A stretch of DNA of 64,000 nucleotides from Chara braunii (GCA_003427395.1 BFEA01000018.1:5506808-5570807), one strand, 5' to 3'; counted from the stretch's first letter, positions 49,019 to 61,741 are shown. Notes: a model not told the origin generated them from the sequence alone. A program made the numbers and translations.

Positions 49019-49811
49019 CCGTTGGCGGGACAGGTGGCGACTGTGGTATAGCTCCAGTCGCTGGACGAGAAGATGAAGAAGCAACAGTCTGAGATAGAGT
49101 TGTTGTTAATGAACTGCTTCGTTGTTGTCCTAACTGAGCGGCATAGAGGTCTGTCATCGCTGATAATGAAAGTGATGGCAAAGCTGTTGTCCGGATCCCA
49201 AACCTTTGTAGGGCCTGCAGAATCTGGTCCAGGGTGTCCTGCATGGCGTTCATTTTGCTCTCCGTGTACACCTGCATAGACAAGACGGTCGCCTTCGGAA
49301 TCTTTCTTGTAAAGTTAAGGGTCGCGTTATCTAAACCCTCTAGTGCAGCTAGGTCTGCCTCCCTACTCTCTAGTCTGACTCTTCTCTCTCTAATTTATTT
49401 TTCTTTCTTAGTAGTCTGTTTGAGTTCCTCTTCTAACCTTAGGCGGATACTCTCTACCTGTTGGAGCTTCATTTGCTCCCTTATAAGATGAGGCGGCAGG
49501 CTGAACTGTACACCCGCCATCTGACTTGCGCCGACACCTGACGTATTGGAGACTGACTGCGAGCTGGTCGAGTTGGACGGCATGCTTTGACCAGAGGTTG
49601 TTGCAGATGTTGCTGAAGTGGTAGCCATTGTTACCCCGCTAGCTGTTGTTGCTTCCTTTGCAGCCTTAAGACTACGGGTCCTAGCTTCGACCCTTAGTCT
49701 TCTCTTTTCACCCGGTTGTAGGGCCTGGAACACTCTAGGGATTCTAAGCGATGTTAGCCTTGTTAACCTCCTAGCGCCAGTTGTACCTTCATCCCCGGCT
49801 GATCCACTCAT
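49019..49811 (-). pseudogene. gag: gag of element 2, N-terminal part
   Basis: ORFs 49395-49811 and 48954-49283 resemble the element 1 gag N-terminus (ALQPGE..R..ART..AA, coiled coil, Pro-rich). Confidence 0.75.
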
Positions 49812-51085
49812 CGGTTAGGCAGACGCTGTCTGCACTAGAGTCCTCTCTGAGACCTACCGCAGCATACGTCTGACTGGTGCTAAAAATAAATAAATAATTA
49901 CCCAACGAGTCACCTTGGCTACTATTCAAGCGGTACAAACAACACATATACGGACCGTACACATAGTCTACCTCTATCCTGATTAGTTCTGCACAGAAGC
50001 TTTGAGAAAAACTGACTATGCTAGATTACAGTTTTACTCTAGGCTGTTTGTTAGGTGTCAGTCGTCTATCAACCAACTAATCAAAATAAAAATAGACTAT
50101 TGTGAGCAGTTGTATGCACAATGGATATGATAGTGATGCACATTAGAATTCACAATTGCAATCTCTTTCCCATATATCCAACGTACCTGTGAGCATCATC
50201 AAGCTGCAGTATCTAGTAAGGTGTGCAACCACGGCCCACCCATGTGCCCAAGAAGTATGCTTATGACCAGTCCTGCCCTTTGTTTACCCTAGCGTGCAAC
50301 GTGACTTACGTCTGACTGATCTGGCTAATCAAGAGGCGATTTAAGTACAACCCTCGAGAGTCCTCATGATTTTTTCAACGTCGCAATCAAGACGAAGATC
50401 ACACCCAGTGGACAGTTCAGACCCCAACCAGAAATGTCCATAGACAGTCTGGGAGTGTCTACGTAAGACTGGTCAGTCCGCACACCCCTTCTATCAGCGC
50501 AGCAAATAGCCTCAATGGACAAAGCAGCATGGCCTACGTGTACTATTACCCATGGGTTGGCATGGTGATCGTGACTTGTGCTTCGACCAGGGCCCTTCAG
50601 AGGCACCGCCCTCTCCTGCCAGATGCGCCACCGGAAAGAATGTCGTCTCTCAAGGAAGAGCGCACACGACTCCTCACCAAAGAGAGGACACTCAAGTTGG
50701 ACTCACTTCCTCACGGTAAGAAGAGATTGGGAGGGTAGATAAGGAATGGGAACAACGTACCTAGAGATAGTTGCCCCCAACCACAGATTTCTCACCAATT
50801 GGGCCGACGTGCATTTCGATGACTGGTCAATAGCCTCGGTACCACCCACAACGTAGTGAAGTGCTAACTCAACCAAAATGCCACGCCAGCATACTCTCAT
50901 CATCATACATACATCCGATGTCACCACAGCTCCCACGTTGTCGCCACAACCTTCTAGCGGTCGGCCCCTCTACTTGGGCCCCGTTCAATCAAACCAGCGT
51001 CAAAGTATCCTTACTGCACCTGAAGCATCGTCAGCGCATCACGTAACAATGTCGTTGGTGCCAGGTAAGCGGCGATCACGAACCA

Positions 51086-51097
51086 GCTCCGATACCA
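51086..51097 (-). promoter_or_regulatory. Primer binding site (tRNA-iMet type) of element 2
   Basis: Minus strand TGGTATCGGAGC, 3 nt from the LTR end. Confidence 0.9.
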
Positions 51098-51100
51098 AAT

Positions 51101-52219
51101 TGCAAGGAATATGAGTGTGAACGATATACAGAAAACCAAGTTGCGAAATCACACAGATGTCCAGGTAGTCGTATCCAAGCAGAGAGTACAATATGCACCG
51201 AGAAACCATCCCTATAAAGCAATACAACGAAGTAATGAGCCAATGTTCAAGCTCGTAGGCCACACCAACACAGTATCCAAAGTCGCTCCTCTTTGTTTGA
51301 TGCCCAGCGCCCAACCTACTCTGCCCGACTATCCTACCTACAGTTGGTTCACACAAAGGCTCACTTCAACTCTCAAAGACCAATGTACATGACTGTCAAC
51401 TCCTGACCGACCTCTCTTCATGCACCAAGTACGTATCTCGTCACCCTCAATCAGACCTTGATTACCCCACACTCGCCTCCTTTCCCGAAGACCACCTGAT
51501 CGCCTGCATTACCCCCTGGTGCCCAACAGCCCGACTATGGCTGCTTGCGCCCCGCTGCTTTGCAGCCCCACCTAACCACTACGCGCCCCGCTGCCTTGCA
51601 GCCCCAACTAACCACTACGTGCCCCGTCAACGCTTTTGGCAGCAGCGAGGCATCAAGCGATAGTGCAGCAGCACTTCCGCATTGCCTGCACTAGCCGGAA
51701 TGCCTCGCCTGGGTTGCCTTACTTCTTTTATGGAAGTGGCAGCCTCCTGGATGCTGCGTGTGGCCTGGCTAGAAGCTTCCAGTAGCTTCCGGTTGGGCCT
51801 CAGACCCTGTGCTCAGACCCGAGTTACAGTTGAGGGTATGGGCCCTTTTCAGTTGGGCACGGCCAAAGTCTCCGGGCTTGGGTTGTTTGCTGGCTCCCAA
51901 GCAGGTGCGTCGGCAGTACTACTTTTCCAAAGTCCGATGGCCTGTTTCCAAATGTATCGGCCCTGCTTTGTGTGTATTTTCCCAGGCGCAACTGTCTAGG
52001 TCTAGGCCAACTGTATGACGTAGCTTGGTGAGGCTCACGGGTCTACCCAACCAACTTGCGTGTTGCAAGAGCCTGAATACCCACATATGAAATGTCGAAT
52101 TTTGGACTCTGACGAATATTCAGGCCCGCCTTCACTTAGGGCGAGCACTCAGCTTGATGGGGGCTTTAGCCCAAAACATGTGATATCTGATAGGGCCCCT
52201 TGAGGGCTTGTTCCTCACA
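51101..52219 (-). repeat. 5' LTR of element 2
   Basis: Colinear with 36248-37340, with scattered substitutions and an extra ~35-bp tandem duplication near 51550-51620. Confidence 0.95.
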
Positions 52220-52619
52220 CTCTAAATAAAGTTTGAAAAAATAATAGTTTTTTTCATGCCTCAAAATAAAGGAAAAACAAAAAGTGAAAAAATATAAAAA
52301 ACAAATTAGTGAGTGGGCAAGCAAGTTTTGACACCACCATCTTTGAGGATTTTTCATTTTTTTAGCTGAATAGAATGACTTCAAAATTAAGGGAGAGATA
52401 CCTTGCATCACAAAGAACTCACACAAAAAAATCAAAAAAAAAAAATAATATTTAGGTACCAAAATATTTGTTTCTAGGGTTCGAACCCCTTCAAGTTTGG
52501 GCCCGTACGGGGACCCGAACGCCCGAACGTTCAGGGGTTGGCTTAGGGGTCTCCGTACGTTCGGCCTGGCACCCTGTATATAGTAAATAGATAGATAGAT
52601 AGATCGTTTTGCGAAATGT

Positions 52620-55600
52620 ACTGTTACTACTCGAGAAGAAAAACTTCTCAAAAATTTTATCTCCTACCAAGGTATAGTATCCTCCGATTTTTAAGAAAAT
52701 TCGAGTCTTGATTGAAGGCAGACGAAATTAATGCTTCATAAAATTCTAAGGGTGGTTGGCTCAATTGGCGAGTTTGGAGTACCTCGGACATCAACAAAAA
52801 AAAAATCAATAATTAAATAATCATTCTACAGTAAAATTATATTCTGAATTTTTAATTTTCATTCCATCTTTAAAAATATCATTCCAATTTTAAAATTTTC
52901 CATCTTACTTGAAAACTTTCCTTCCAAAAATTGAGTATCCCTTCTTATTTGAACTGCATGCTAAGGATGGAATGAAAGTCTGGATAAGTTCATGAAAAAT
53001 TTTAATTGGACTGTCATTCTAAAAAATGATTTTCAGTCATAAAAAGGTTAATCCAATCTAAATTAGAAGGTATTTGTTGTAATAGAATGAAAGTTTAATT
53101 TAAACATTTCATAAACTCGTTCATACTTTCATTCCATCTTGAACAAATAGATATAATTGGAAGAGAAAGCTCATATTTAGAATAAAATTTATCAAATAGA
53201 ATTATAAATTTTAGAATTGGGCGAACATTGGAATGGTAATTTTATAAATATGAAGGATTTTTTTTTTATGAAACGTTTTTTCAACTTTCATTTCTCGTGG
53301 GAATTTTTCTGTTGATAAGGAATTTTTTAGAGGTTGTACAAAGGTTTGGTCTATCTTTCCAATATTCAAATGATCATAGATGTAGCAGCTCCCTGCTTGT
53401 GTAAAAACAGCCTTGACCAGTGTTCTGCATAAATGGAGGTCTTCGTTTGATTTTCTTCCTCATTAGTTCTCTTTTTATCCCCTCTTTCTTCCTTCCCACT
53501 TCTTTTGCCTAGGGCTTAATCTTTCTTGCAATCTTATTTAATTTCGAAATTGACATAGGATGTAATGAGCCTAATTTCTTCAGAGACGAATTCAGGCTGC
53601 GTGTAAGAGTTCAACCATGTAAAAAATATTTCAATTCTTAACACGAAATCCTAATGAGATAGGTTGAAAATTTTGTTGAGTTAATAAAACGATGGCAGAT
53701 GAAAATTCTAACCTAGATGTAGTTAGTTGATCGAATTGAAGGAATATTCATATTCTAACCTTCATTTTTTTCTGGACGGTTATGCGGTTAGATTTATCTA
53801 GATCTACAGACTAGTCCATTTAAAAACGTGGCAGCGTAAGCATGCCTTAAGATAAAAAATAATTGGCTGATATCTGCTTTTGAAACTTTGTTTGCAAATG
53901 ATACAACATTTATCTTTATTCGGAAGAAATTCAGATAAAGCAATCTTTTGACATGTTTTGAGAGCCGAAATTTCAAGCAAAACAATTGAAATCATGTTGT
54001 GCAAAAACTTCTTCGTAAGCTTAATCCTGTTCCTACCATACATTAAAGACGAGACTATTCGAAAGAGTGGAAGTGCGAGCAGGCCTTAAGATAAAAAAAT
54101 TGTGGTCAATAGCCACATCCGAAATTTATTTGTAAATGATACAAAATTTTCTTTTATTCGGAGGAAATTCAAGTGAAGCAATCTTTCAACATACTTTGAG
54201 AGCGAAAAATTCACGTAATCAATCCACCTTGAGAAAACTCAGATGGTAAGTTTATTAAGGGAAAATTACCCCCTACTCTTTCCTCCTTCTTACGGAGAGA
54301 GAGAGCGGATAAATCATATCAATGATTTTTTTTTATTATTTTTTTTTAGTTGGTTTTATCTTTGCATTCGGGGACTCACTCATGACTCCTACGTTGGGAA
54401 TTTATCTTGTCAGCGCCATTACCACTAATGCGTTCGTCTCTCTCATATACACTTACTCGTAAAATCGTTTTTCATACATCCTAGTAAACTTGTAGAGACG
54501 GGAGAATGGTAGTCATTGAGAGAGATGAGGACTCTTTAAGGGTGATAAAATATTCCTACTCCTAGAAGTGATGGAAAAACTTCCCTCCTCAACTAACTCC
54601 TTGGAAATGATAATGTCAGCGAGTTTTTTTCTTTGAAGGATTCAAATCATTCAGATGCTGACGAAAGATAGTTCAAAAGATGTAGGCGGGATTAAATAGT
54701 TGAGAGGGGAGGAGGGTGGTTTTAATTGTAATTTATAAAGGTCAAATCGACCTCATAACTTCAAAATAATCCATAGAAAAACCAGGTTTTCAGTTTCAAT
54801 AATTAATAGATGAAAATGTTTCATCTGATCTGAAGGAGGGATGACTCGGAAAGATTGCTCCTTGATCGTTAATGGCCTCGGGACTTGCTTTTCTGATTAA
54901 AGAGCCACATGATAATGCAAACGAAGAGGAAGGAATAACATTCATTGACTAGGAACAACCTCAAGCGAAATAATGGGGCAACCAGGACCCCAAACTAGTA
55001 ATTGTTCGTCCTACTAACCATCGATAAATTATAACCAGAGAATACTCACTTAGCCACCGAAGACAGCGCAAATAAATAATATTTTGAGGATAGTTAACCC
55101 TTACTAAATTGTACAAAATAATTTGTCTGAAATGACGCTTATAGGACTCGATTAATCTTGATTCCGGGTTCAATCTTTACTTTAATGCCCCAGATTCTTC
55201 CTTCCCCTCGGATTGGGGTTTCCTCCGAATTGAAATTTGACTATGATCTAAATTCTATTTTCAAGCAAAATGAAAAGCAAATAATTAAATTTTCTACCAC
55301 ACAGATTAAAAAAAACAAATAAAAAAGCGGAGGCATCGTTGATAATCTTCATCTCTTAGCCTTTTGTTACCCGGTATGTCGTTTCTCATCTATCTCTGAC
55401 GCAGAGCTACTTGGTACAGTTACGAAACATCTTCATGTCCATTCCACTATTGCGACGAATTCGGCCAAGATCGCGGCGATCCAAACTGGTTTTCGGTCAG
55501 ACTTTTTTCACAATTGTAATTCGTTTCTCCTATATTTGGCAAAGACGAACGGGGAAGTGGGATGAAGATGGGAAGTTTATCTATCTCCCTTTCTGACATC

Positions 55601-57400
55601 ACCGAATTCCAATTCACATTCAGATTCAACTTCGATCCCCTCCCATCAGCGAAGGTTGAGTTGACTCTCATTCCTATCCTCTTGAGACCTGGACTCTTAA
55701 TCCAATCGCCTTCGCCAAAGTTGAATAGAGTTCCGAGTGGAAGACTCGACCTTTCTTCCTTGCAGACTCGATGCAACGTTTTAATGATCAGTCTTTGAGA
55801 AGATAGCAGTCCCAACTCCTCCACTTCGACCGACTGGAAACCCCTTCAACAATCCTAAAACTACTACCCTCCTCCCTCCTCCCACCAAGCCCAGAACAAC
55901 CCCCATAGCTAAAAATTTCCACTTCCATCCTCCGAGTCTCCACTTCACTTCACATGCTTCTTTAACAATTGCTAACTCGACATCTTCCAATCCGTCTACC
56001 GTTTTTCTGAAGGCATTTGCAACCGCAAATCCTGCTAACAACTCCCCCCAAATTCAATGGTCCATCATTTTCTCCATTATTCCTCTCTCGATTACCAAAA
56101 TTATTCCATTCTCGTTGATCCTTTTAATCGAACAAAAGCATAATCGAGTAAAGAATTTAATTAGGATTGCAATACCATATTCTGATCTCAATTTGTGCTC
56201 CCTTCCAAAACTCTCGCAAAGTTTCTCCTTGCTTTAGTTCTGAAAGAGATTGCTTCTCTCAGAAGTCGTTAAGGTTTCACTTTCGTAATTTAAAACCCGA
56301 CAACAAGAAAAGGCCTCGTCGAAATAAACATTCGAATCCACACCACCCCTGACACAACCATCTTCTCCAACTCCTTTGCCAAAAATTTTCCCACATCATC
56401 TCCATAAACATCAATAATAGAATGCAGAACTACTGAAGTCTAATCCCCTTCTTCACCCCCCACCGCAAAAGTCACTCCTATCATCATTGCTAATTCTTAC
56501 TCATCAATCCGCCTTCCTCGAATTTCGTCACTCGTTAGTTAAAATTTAATTCGATTGGCAGAGCACTATGGCGCCAGTCCTCCTGATCCTAGCAGATCAC
56601 CGTCTGTACTCAATCTCTTCTAGCAATTCGCGAGGATGCTAAATCTAATCCGCCCAAGTACCTTCTTCCTCTGCCTTCCTCAAAGGTGATCCGAAGACCT
56701 CTTCTGCCGACGTGGACCTAACTATTATGAACTTCGAGCTCGCTCATTCACGATCATTCCGATTCCTTACTCCGTTCTCGTCACCACCTTCGTGACTTAC
56801 CTCTACTTTGACCTCAAATTCTTTCCGCGGTATCGATTGCTTCACTCAAGCGATCAACCTTACGCGCAAAAGCGTTCCAAGCGCATAACGAGCGTTCCGC
56901 CCAAAATACTCCCAACCTCGTGCGCACAACAAAACCAAGTCTTCCAAGAGCCTTCGCATGCCGACGAATGGTCAGTTCACCTGAAGCACTATTTCGCTCC
57001 ATCAGCGCCTTCGCCCACCTCAAAGAATAAGGCTGAAAGCCTGAAAGAGTATTTTTACCGCTTACCGGCCCTATATTTCAACCTCTATTTTGAGTCCTCG
57101 ATTGATAACCTTTGATCTATGGGTAGGATGGACGACCCGATTCAACCCTAATCCTACTACTTGGAAAAATCTAATTCACTCAGAGCTTGCTTACATGAAG
57201 CCTCCTTCGGTCGAAACTCGGTTGGCGTTACCACCAGCCGAAGTTTTCACCGCTCGAATCTGAGAGGCCGTCTACCACAACTCTCATACTCTAAATAGTA
57301 AATTGAACTAAATTCCTGCCTTCCTCCGAACTCTCTTACCCTGCTATGAGTACCTCAATCCCGATGCATGAATAATTCTCATTTTTCAATTTTATTTATT
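52620..57400 (-). mobile_element. Highly decayed L1-like LINE ORF2 (C-terminal RT and zinc-finger region)
   Basis: KWRLGGWKWKFL..GGRRV resembles L1 KL..WK.K.LS.GGR (55781-56041). EELGL is GGLG-like. Cys-rich CIICKQ..CLRC occurs at 53804-54043. Boundaries approximate. Confidence 0.5.
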
Positions 57401-57721
57401 CCAGTTGCAAGGTTTGTCAACCGGAAAAACCTCCAAGAGTAACTCACAGCTTGTCACTCACCTTGCAGGAACGTGCATCTCGGCTTGGCATGCGCAACAA
57501 GCGGCGAAGCAGAAAAGCAAAGTGTGATGACTCGGAGTACTCTAAGCTACTACCCATATATAGCAAAGAGTACTTAACATGGAGTAGCACCATCTGAGAT
57601 AGCCCCAATCCTGGGCCCCATCCAGGAACCCAGGTGAGGTTCCAACCCTGATCTGCAGGCTGAAGAGCCGATTGCCGCCCCAACCTCACGACCAATCCGA
57701 ATCTCTGCCCTACGCCTCTAA

Positions 57722-57830
57722 AGCTTTCTTTCAGATATATGAGCCACCAGAGGAACAGACCCATAAGTCCTCATTTCTAGCCTACTGATGGGTTTGTTCC
57801 TCTGGAGGCTCATATATTTGAAAGAAAGCT
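57722..57830 (+). repeat. 43-bp inverted repeat with 23-nt loop (pre-miRNA-like hairpin)
   Basis: Arms 57722-57764 and 57788-57830, with 3 differences, two of them G-U compatible on the plus strand. Confidence 0.85.
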
Positions 57831-58294
57831 GTGGATGGTTAGTCAGTCGTCAGGTAGACTCCGTCGTAGTTTTCTTTTCTTTTTTTTCTACATCTATTCG
57901 GGCCACCCATGATCTAACGGCCTCAGGTAAAGAGCTGACTCTTTTTTTTCCTTACATCTGGGCTGTCACACAACTCAACCAAAACAAAACCACCACTAGT
58001 GGAACTTGGCCCCTGGGGCCAGGGCCAAGTCCCACTAGCACGAGTTTGGTTTCAATTCCTGTACAGGTGCAGCACGGTGCGCCGGGGGCGGCACCGTGTG
58101 ACACCATTTCAAAACTTTTTTTAGGAATTCTGAAAACGGTGTAGAGGGTCCTGCAATGATGACAATTTGCCAGGAGTTTCGGGAGTGCCCATCGTTGGGC
58201 TTGCTCCACCTCACCAAATGTGGAAAATAGAATGTATTTTCCACCTGTACATGGGAAAATACATCGCCATAGTTTTTGCCTCTTGTATGCGTGT

Positions 58295-58295
<1 letters not shown>

Positions 58296-58367
<72 letters not shown>

Positions 58368-58635
58368 NNNNNNNNNNNNNNNNNNNNNNNNNNNNNNNNN
58401 NNNNNNNNNNNNNNNNNNNNNNNNNNNNNNNNNNNNNNNNNNNNNNNNNNNNNNNNNNNNNNNNNNNNNNNNNNNNNNNNNNNNNNNNNNNNNNNNNNNN
58501 NNNNNNNNNNNNNNNNNNNNNNNNNNNNNNNNNNNNNNNNNNNNNNNNNNNNNNNNNNNNNNNNNNNNNNNNNNNNNNNNNNNNNNNNNNNNNNNNNNNN
58601 NNNNNNNNNNNNNNNNNNNNNNNNNNNNNNNNNNN

Positions 58636-58676
<41 letters not shown>

Positions 58677-58680
58677 CAGT

Positions 58681-58762
<82 letters not shown>

Positions 58763-58766
58763 CAGT

Positions 58767-58822
<56 letters not shown>
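58296..58822. repeat. (CA)n(GA)n microsatellite spanning an assembly gap
   Basis: Direct inspection; N run 58368-58634. Confidence 0.95.
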
Positions 58823-58824
<2 letters not shown>

Positions 58825-59187
58825 AGTCTGCTCAGACTGACACACTTCTCAGCATTTTTTTTTAATCATGGCCCTTACCAATTTCCATAACTGGTTTTCA
58901 TACCTGCCCCTTCAAAACACCGGCCAGGAATGAAAACCCCTCCAACAATGAGAAAGAATACCTAGGACAGTTGATGGCCAATGAGAGGGTGAGAAAGATC
59001 TACCGTCCAATTATTTGCACGTCAACAAAATTAGGACCCTCCAATCCCTTTGCTATCTGCGGCTGAAAAGAGTGTCGCACACACGATCGGTCCTCATTCC
59101 TATACCTTTCTGACCGCTAGTGGGACTTGGGCCCCAGTCAGTTCAATGACTATATCTCAAGGCCCTCAAGGCCCAAAAAAACACAAT

Positions 59188-59689
59188 TCCAGCGGCCTAG
59201 CTCAGTTGGTAAGGCACGCAAGTGGCATTCAGGTGGTCTTGGGTTCAATCCCCCCATAGGCCTCATGTACCTTCATGGGAAAGCTTGGCCCCCGCCACCT
59301 AGAGATAAGCCGGTGGTCTCCCCGAGTGGCATTGAGAAGAGACTGCCGATGTTCATAGGGGGAGGGGACGGGAGGGGAGGCACAGTGACTGGCCCATAGA
59401 ACAAGCTCGGCCCCGATGCTAGGGGGGGCCGGCCCCCTGGCCGGTATAGCCCACCTGCCGTAGCAGGTATCGCACCTGCTGGTGCGTGCAGCTTCCGAGG
59501 GACCATGCACGAACCATGGTTCCTCGTTGGAGGCTTGATCACTGCTGTGGCTTCCCTGTATAATACTATAATGACAATAAGCTGTAGCAGGTATCGCACC
59601 TGCTGCTGGGTGCCGCTTCCGCATGTTCCCTCGTTGGAGGCTTGAGCACGGATGTGGCTTCCCTGTAATACTATAATGACAATAAAAAA
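59188..59689 (+). mobile_element. tRNA-derived SINE with duplicated 3' segment
   Basis: A box TAGCTCAGTTGG at 59198-59209 and B box GGTTCAATCCC at 59242-59252. A-rich tail. A second copy lies at 21744-22110. Confidence 0.8.
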
Positions 59690-59802
59690 GGCCCGAAACA
59701 GGTTAATTTCTCTCAAAAAGAAAAACAAAGGAAAAAAACAAATGTGCTCACCTCTAAAGAGCATCATCATGAACCTGGTCAAACTTTCCCATGCGGCCTA
59801 CA

Positions 59803-59941
59803 TCAGGGCTATGAGCACTGAATGTGCCCTTGAATGCGGCCCAATCCGTTCAGGGCTATGAGCACTGAATGTGCCCTTGAATGCGGCCCAATCCGTTCAG
59901 GGCTATGAGCACTGAATGTGCCCTTGAATGCGGCCCAATCC
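59803..59941. repeat. 47-bp minisatellite, ~3 perfect copies
   Basis: TCAGGGCTATGAGCACTGAATGTGCCCTTGAATGCGGCCCAATCCGT at 59803, 59850 and 59897. Confidence 0.95.
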
Positions 59942-60483
59942 CTTTTCAGCGGCCTTTTCAGCCCGATGCTGTTCATTTCGTCCAAACTATACCCTCCACG
60001 TTGATAGCCATACCCGAGGTGCTCAATCGTCTTGTTTTTTTCTTTCTTCTTTTTCTTTTGGAGAAGGGGGGGGGAGGGGGCCGTGCGGTCCTCAATGTTT
60101 CCTCGATTTATGCATGTCATCATTCCACAGGGGCGATGTGCTCATTTCCTCCCCCCCCCGCCCCCAAGAGATCTTCAATCTTCAAGCAGTCCTCCATTCT
60201 ATGTTCTTCCCCTTCTTTTTTTTTTGCAGTCGTCAACCTCTTCTCGATTGCGCGCAAGAAGACATGAAAGTGAGGGCCTAGTTGCACTAATCGCCATCCG
60301 CCAAAATTATGAATGAATCTGAACGAGTTATCGATCCCGATGCATTCTCATTCTCGGCGGATGGCGAGTAGTGCGAACCTGTACGGGAGTCTAAAAAGCA
60401 GTCCTTTTGAGAAAGGAATACAAAAAAGAACCGAGTATAAAGAAGCCCCCCATAATAAGAATAAGAACGTCAAAAAAAAAAAG

Positions 60484-60523
<40 letters not shown>

Positions 60524-61347
60524 AGAAGAAGAAGAAGAAGAACGTCTTCGCCGACATCTCCTTGAAGTTTCCAACGAATTTTCTCTGCTCTCCCTCTCTC
60601 CCTCTCTCCCTCTCTCTCTATTTATGTTTCTTTGTTTCTCTTGCTTTTCGCTCGCTCATATTTCTATTTTGTCTACGCGGTCGTCGCGTTGTCTAACGTC
60701 TTTCCTCTCATCAGATCGACCCCCCTTCCTATTGACCCCCTCCAACCCCCCCCCCCTCCCGCTCCCTCCTAATTTAATTAACCTCATGACACGAACGAAT
60801 CCTCTCTTTCTCCTTTTTCCTAATGACTACAAAATAATGAATAGACAATTCTAATCCAAAGTCGCAGGCGTAAGTGAAAATTAATTAACGAAAAAAAATA
60901 AAATAATAACGATACAATACGGTCAGCCCCCCAGGGGTGCAATATACACAACACTGTAATAAACCTCAGTGTCCCTTGGTCGCTAGAATACCAGAGGACT
61001 CTAGTGGCGGAATGAGATCGTAAATGCGGTCGCATACATTCCCTCTAGCCCCTCAAGTAAGAATGTAATCAGCCAAAAAAAAAAAAAAAAAAAAAAAGAA
61101 TGTAATCAGCCGAATGCCCGGGTTCCCTCCATCCAATCACCCAGGGGCAGGCCCTCAACTCCCGACCTTCTGAAGCAGTCCCCATCTGCTTGGGAAGCTA
61201 ACTCTTTTCTCCTCTCTTGCTACCGTTAGTACCTTCCAAACCCTCCCCTCCACGAACACCCAACATCCCCCTCCCCCCCAAACACCAATACCCCCCTCCT
61301 CCCCCGCAACAGCAATGCCCTCCTCCCCTTCCCCGCCCCTGCGCACA

Positions 61348-61518
61348 TAACCTCCTCCTGATGAGTCGGTGAAAGTCCGACGAAACAGTCTGTTCAGCAC
61401 AGTGATGCTTTTTTTCAGTGTATAGCGAAAATATAACAACACACGCACACTTTGGGCAAGATGGTGAAGAGTCCTTACCCTTGAGTCAAATGCATCCTGG
61501 GCAGATTGTCGAGATTTA
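61348..61518 (+). ncRNA. Hammerhead ribozyme with intact catalytic core
   Basis: CTGATGA at 61358-61364. Helix II GTCGG/CCGAC. GAAA at 61382-61385. 13-bp helix III ACAGTCTGTTCAG/CTGGGCAGATTGT. GUC site at 61508-61510. Helix I CTC/GAG. Confidence 0.75.
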
Positions 61519-61600
61519 AACCCGCCGCTGATGCGCCGGTGACAGTTCGACGGAACAGTCTGTCATAGACACTGTGTTTGTCTGGGGTTGTGTTTAAGGG
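61518..61600 (+). ncRNA. Degenerate second hammerhead copy, 170 nt downstream
   Basis: CTGATGC-GCCGG-TGACAGT-TCGAC-GGAA-CAGTCTGT is homologous to the first copy, with core mutations. Confidence 0.6.
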
Positions 61601-61741
61601 TCACGCGGCACACAACAACAAACAGAACAGGTACGGATCAAGCGGAATCTTACATAGATATACTATTGAGGTTCTCAGCCCCTTTGAGCCGACGAAAGCC
61701 CCAAGAAACTGTCTTGTTGCAGCCATGCCTTTCCAATTCCA

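Larger units (their letters stand above)
36248..52219 (-). mobile_element. Ty3/gypsy chromovirus-type LTR retrotransposon (element 2), two LTRs, decayed, with a ~7 kb insert in gag
   Basis: LTRs at 36248-37340 and 51101-52219. 4-bp direct repeat CTCT at 36244-36247 and 52220-52223. Has PBS, PPT and the full gag-pol domain order on the minus strand. Confidence 0.95.
35150..52576. mobile_element. hAT-like non-autonomous element (copy B), split by element 2 into ~35150-36247 and 52220-52576
   Basis: Flanks of element 2 join into a sequence colinear with 33960-34430. Right end GGCCTGGCACCCTG is the reverse complement of a CAGGGTGCCAGGCC TIR, followed by TATATA. Confidence 0.6.

Noticed and set aside
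57952-58890. Long ORFs with ER/SL repeats
   Set aside because: (GA)n microsatellite plus N gap.
59188-59262. Functional tRNA gene
   Set aside because: A and B boxes are present, but acceptor and anticodon stems do not form and it continues into a repeated SINE body.
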